DNA of 63,842 nt from a virus. Position 1 is the stretch's first letter. The number at the start of each line of letters is the position of its first letter. Location of the stretch: positions 1 to 63,842 of IMG/VR virus record IMGVR_UViG_3300009960_000001. The stretch is one strand, 5' to 3'. The position numbers and the translations under genes were made by a program. The notes beneath the pieces were generated by a model. That model saw nothing but the letters and a program-made list of their open reading frames with translations, had not been told where the DNA came from and made no database searches. This document shows, one piece after another, positions 61,155 through 63,842 of the stretch.

Positions 61155-62875
61155 TGGCAGACTGTGTAACTTGTATGAAATGCAGGTTTAAGGAATGTCA
61201 GTGTGATAATGGTTGCAAACCTAAATGTATAGATATAGGCAAGACCTGTGATGATACCTGCCAGAAGGTTAAGGACTTGCACAAAGACCTACTAGAGCCC
61301 ATAGCTCCTATGTTTGAAACAGGTATGCCCTGTGATATGAGGGAGCTTAGCTCTAAGGGCTTTAGTAATGTATTTATGTTTGTCAACAACTTTATCAATG
61401 TCCTGTGCCACACACTAGGGCTGACTGATATTCTAAATGACCGTATTAAGGCAAACAAAAAGAACCTTGAAGAGCTTAATAAAGCTAACGAGGCTCTGTG
61501 TGGTAGGATAAATGAGCTGACAAGAAATGCCAATAAGTTGGTAACAGCTTCTAATTCTACTGTGTCTGACGCTATTGCATATAACAATAAGCTTAAGAGA
61601 GACTATGATAGTCAGGCTTCCTTTGTTAATGAGTATAATAAAGGGGCTGTAGCTAAGTACCAACAAGACCAGCAAGAATACACAAGCCGTATCTCTATCT
61701 TACAGGCTAACTTGACTAAGGAAGGCTACCCTCAGGCAGTGGCTAGTCAGTACCTCCAAATGTCTCCTAACGCTGTTATGGCTAAGACGATTAGAGGGCG
61801 TAAGCTAAGCTCTGATACTAAAGAGCCTGCAAGTGTCAACCCTATTCCTGATGTTACTACCTTTACCTCAAATGAATTGGTCTATACCTATTTAAAAGAG
61901 CGTGAGGAAATGACGGTAGACTTTGCAAATGCAACTACTATTTTAGCAGGGAAAGAGATTTCGTCTATCAAGATGAGAATTACTCTTGTGTCAACCGAGC
62001 ACCCTAAGAAGGGTGTGATTATTGGAATACCTACAAATCCATATAAGCAAATCACTATCCACACAGAGGGTAGCAATGAGCAGTATAGCTCTGAGCTTAT
62101 TGTAGAGGTACGTTTCTTTACTGCTGATGGTAAGGAAGTTAAGCCTACCTATAAAGAAACAGCTATCCTGAACCTGCAACCATTTGGTGCTGAGTCAGGT
62201 CAGGGTACTTACTTCTCAGTTGATACTGGTTACACTGTGCCTATCAATGGCTCTTATGTAACAGCACAGAATGGTAGACTAAGCAACTACACTAGAAATC
62301 CTCTTGGGGAAGGTCCTCAATCTATTGTATGGGGGGTGTTCACTGACACTATCGCATTTAGTGTAGGAAGCTACAAGAAGAATGTATCAGGATTTAACCT
62401 GAATACAGCTCCTGTGATAAGTTCAATGCCAGTAGTCCCTTATCAGGCTAAGCTGAAAGAACTGCCTCCTACACCTAACTACATTAACATTCATGAGAGC
62501 ACAGGCTTCCTGAATGAGCTTAACTGTGGTAGATGTACCCTAGCACCTCTTAAAGAGTGTAAGACAGCCTGCTCTGTGTGCCCTCCTGTAGGTAAAGAGG
62601 CTATGATTGCTCAGGCTAAAGGACTTGACTATATCACAGTGACTACCTTTATTGATACCACAACTAATAAGCCTATTGCACCAGCTGTTCATGAAAAGAG
62701 CACTTTCTGTGCTCCTACACCAGATACAATATGGTATAATAGTAAGGGGTACACCCTGATACCTAATAAGCAGACCACCTCTGAGTTCACAGAGGGTACA
62801 GATAGCCTGCTTGGTAAGGGTATGATTAGAACCTGTGTGAACTACTACAGCACAGGAGGAAAGGAAACGAACTAA
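61154..62875 (+). CDS. Cys-rich N-terminus + helical region + AgI/II V-region/GbpC-like beta domain
   Basis: MADCVTCMKCRFKECQCDNGCKPKC... Central segment ISSIKMRITLV...GVIIGIPTNP...LIVEVRFFTADGKEVKP recalls the AgI/II V-region pattern. Confidence 0.6.
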   Translation: MADCVTCMKCRFKECQCDNGCKPKCIDIGKTCDDTCQKVKDLHKDLLEPIAPMFETGMPCDMRELSSKGFSNVFMFVNNFINVLCHTLGLTDILNDRIKANKKNLEELNKANEALCGRINELTRNANKLVTASNSTVSDAIAYNNKLKRDYDSQASFVNEYNKGAVAKYQQDQQEYTSRISILQANLTKEGYPQAVASQYLQMSPNAVMAKTIRGRKLSSDTKEPASVNPIPDVTTFTSNELVYTYLKEREEMTVDFANATTILAGKEISSIKMRITLVSTEHPKKGVIIGIPTNPYKQITIHTEGSNEQYSSELIVEVRFFTADGKEVKPTYKETAILNLQPFGAESGQGTYFSVDTGYTVPINGSYVTAQNGRLSNYTRNPLGEGPQSIVWGVFTDTIAFSVGSYKKNVSGFNLNTAPVISSMPVVPYQAKLKELPPTPNYINIHESTGFLNELNCGRCTLAPLKECKTACSVCPPVGKEAMIAQAKGLDYITVTTFIDTTTNKPIAPAVHEKSTFCAPTPDTIWYNSKGYTLIPNKQTTSEFTEGTDSLLGKGMIRTCVNYYSTGGKETN

Positions 62876-63842
62876 TGACTTGTAACAAATGCTATGAGTG
62901 TGAATGTAATGACGGAAAAGACTATTGCCAAGATTGCCTTCCTGATGAAGGTACTTGGCTTATTGTCAAGTCTGAGAAGCCTGACCCGTTCTATGCTGAC
63001 CGCAACCATGCTTACATGGATAGTGCTGAGAATGTATGGATTTTAAACCGTGCTAGGGACGCCATGATTAAGCTCAATGGTACAGGCTCAGGTGGAGAGG
63101 GCAAGACATATAAAGCCGGTCAGGGTATCACTATCTCACCAGATGGGACTATCTCAGCTACAGTCACACAGGATAGAGATACTATCACTACTGTGAAGCC
63201 CGGCAACGGTATTCTTGTTTCTAAGACTAACAATGACTACACTGTTACCTTAGACAGCACTAAAGTACCTACCAATGAGCGCCTAGAGAATGTTGAGCGT
63301 CAGATTGGTGAGCTTAAGTCTCCTAAAGGCACTGCCACTGTGTCAGTAATCGGTAAAGAGGGTATTGTAAGTACACAGACTGCCACTAAGGATTGGGAAG
63401 TGAAGCTTGACCCTGCTGTGAAAGCTAACATTGATAAAATCCCTGCTTTAGAAACCAAGGCTGTTGAAGTTCCTCTTGTGAACTATATCAACAAGTACCA
63501 TGGTAACGGCTGGGTAGGTAAGCGTGGTGGAGGTTCAGGCTATTATTCAGCTCCACTATACTATCTCACAGATAAGAAGTCACTAGGAGAGCTAGGTTTC
63601 TCTGTAGGTGATAAGCTGTATATTAAGGCTAAGTTTGATGTGAATACCTCATCAGCTATCCCTGCTACTGCTCAGCTTGCTTTAGAAGCCTATGACACGG
63701 CTAATCCGACTAACTGGTATGTAGGCTGGCTTGCAGGTAAACAATCTATGCAGGCTAAAGGTAATGAGATTACCTACACATGGACGCTTGCTGAAAAGGA
63801 CCTGAAAGTAAATGCCCTGAATGTTCGTATTGACGGTATTGA
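62875..63842 (+). CDS. Tail fibre / receptor-binding protein, 5' part (continues at base 1 via the circular junction)
   Basis: The ATG overlaps the upstream stop (TAATG at 62873-62877). N-terminus MTCNKCYECECNDGKDYCQDC. Open to the window end, hence absent from the ORF track. Confidence 0.7.
   Translation, partial: MTCNKCYECECNDGKDYCQDCLPDEGTWLIVKSEKPDPFYADRNHAYMDSAENVWILNRARDAMIKLNGTGSGGEGKTYKAGQGITISPDGTISATVTQDRDTITTVKPGNGILVSKTNNDYTVTLDSTKVPTNERLENVERQIGELKSPKGTATVSVIGKEGIVSTQTATKDWEVKLDPAVKANIDKIPALETKAVEVPLVNYINKYHGNGWVGKRGGGSGYYSAPLYYLTDKKSLGELGFSVGDKLYIKAKFDVNTSSAIPATAQLALEAYDTANPTNWYVGWLAGKQSMQAKGNEITYTWTLAEKDLKVNALNVRIDGI
63716..63842. repeat. Second copy of the 127-bp end overlap
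   Basis: Identical to bases 1-127. Confidence 0.9.

Noticed and set aside
63716-63842. The 127-bp repeat as a genuine direct terminal repeat of the virion DNA.
   Set aside because: It cuts through the middle of a coding sequence with no sequence feature at its borders, and its length equals a typical assembler k-mer. It cannot be excluded without reads.
1-63842. Prophage / lysogeny module, CRISPR arrays, rRNA genes or transposases.
   Set aside because: I recognised no integrase, repressor, att-like flanks, regular repeat-spacer arrays, rRNA-like sequence or transposase motifs anywhere in the window. The only mobile elements seen are the intron, two inteins and a free-standing HNH gene.

Overview
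The window is a complete, circularly closed tailed-phage genome. Bases 1-127 repeat at 63716-63842, so the unique length is 63715 bp. The host is Gram-positive and probably an oral Streptococcus. This is inferred from a CHAP+GH25 endolysin, an LL-H-type holin, an LPXTG adhesin, and late proteins that resemble the streptococcal adhesin antigen I/II (AgI/II). I see no integrase or repressor, so the phage looks virulent.

The genome has two arms. An early/replication arm runs on the minus strand from 30682 down to 2732. A late arm runs on the plus strand from 31164 through the window end, wraps to base 1 and ends at 2718. The arms diverge at 30.7-31.2 kb and converge on one bidirectional terminator at about 2.73 kb.

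Most notable observations:
- The family-A DNA polymerase gene is interrupted twice, by an ORF-less group I intron and by a LAGLIDADG intein in motif B.
- A second, mini-intein sits on the catalytic cysteine of the CHAP domain of a tail-associated lysin.
- A 2.7-kb ORF-free island (27026-29707) holds consensus promoters, three perfect DnaA boxes, iteron-like repeats and a family of hairpins with variable stems and conserved CGAG-N-CGAG loops. It may encode one or more structured RNAs.
- Six copies of a ~70-nt palindromic element lie at two intergenic loci.
- Eight small tandem paralogues share a conserved C-terminal NKF(K/R) tail; one is frameshifted.
- A tRNA-Cys(GCA) accompanies unusually cysteine-rich late proteins that share a Cys/helix module.
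- A module downstream of the lysis cassette encodes proteins built like AgI/II (A-repeat helix, globular domain, Pro-rich region; V-region-like domain).
- An LPXTG MSCRAMM-like adhesin (cell-wall-anchored adhesin family) is encoded in the replication arm.

All functional calls rest on motifs read by eye and on recalled family signatures. No searches were run.
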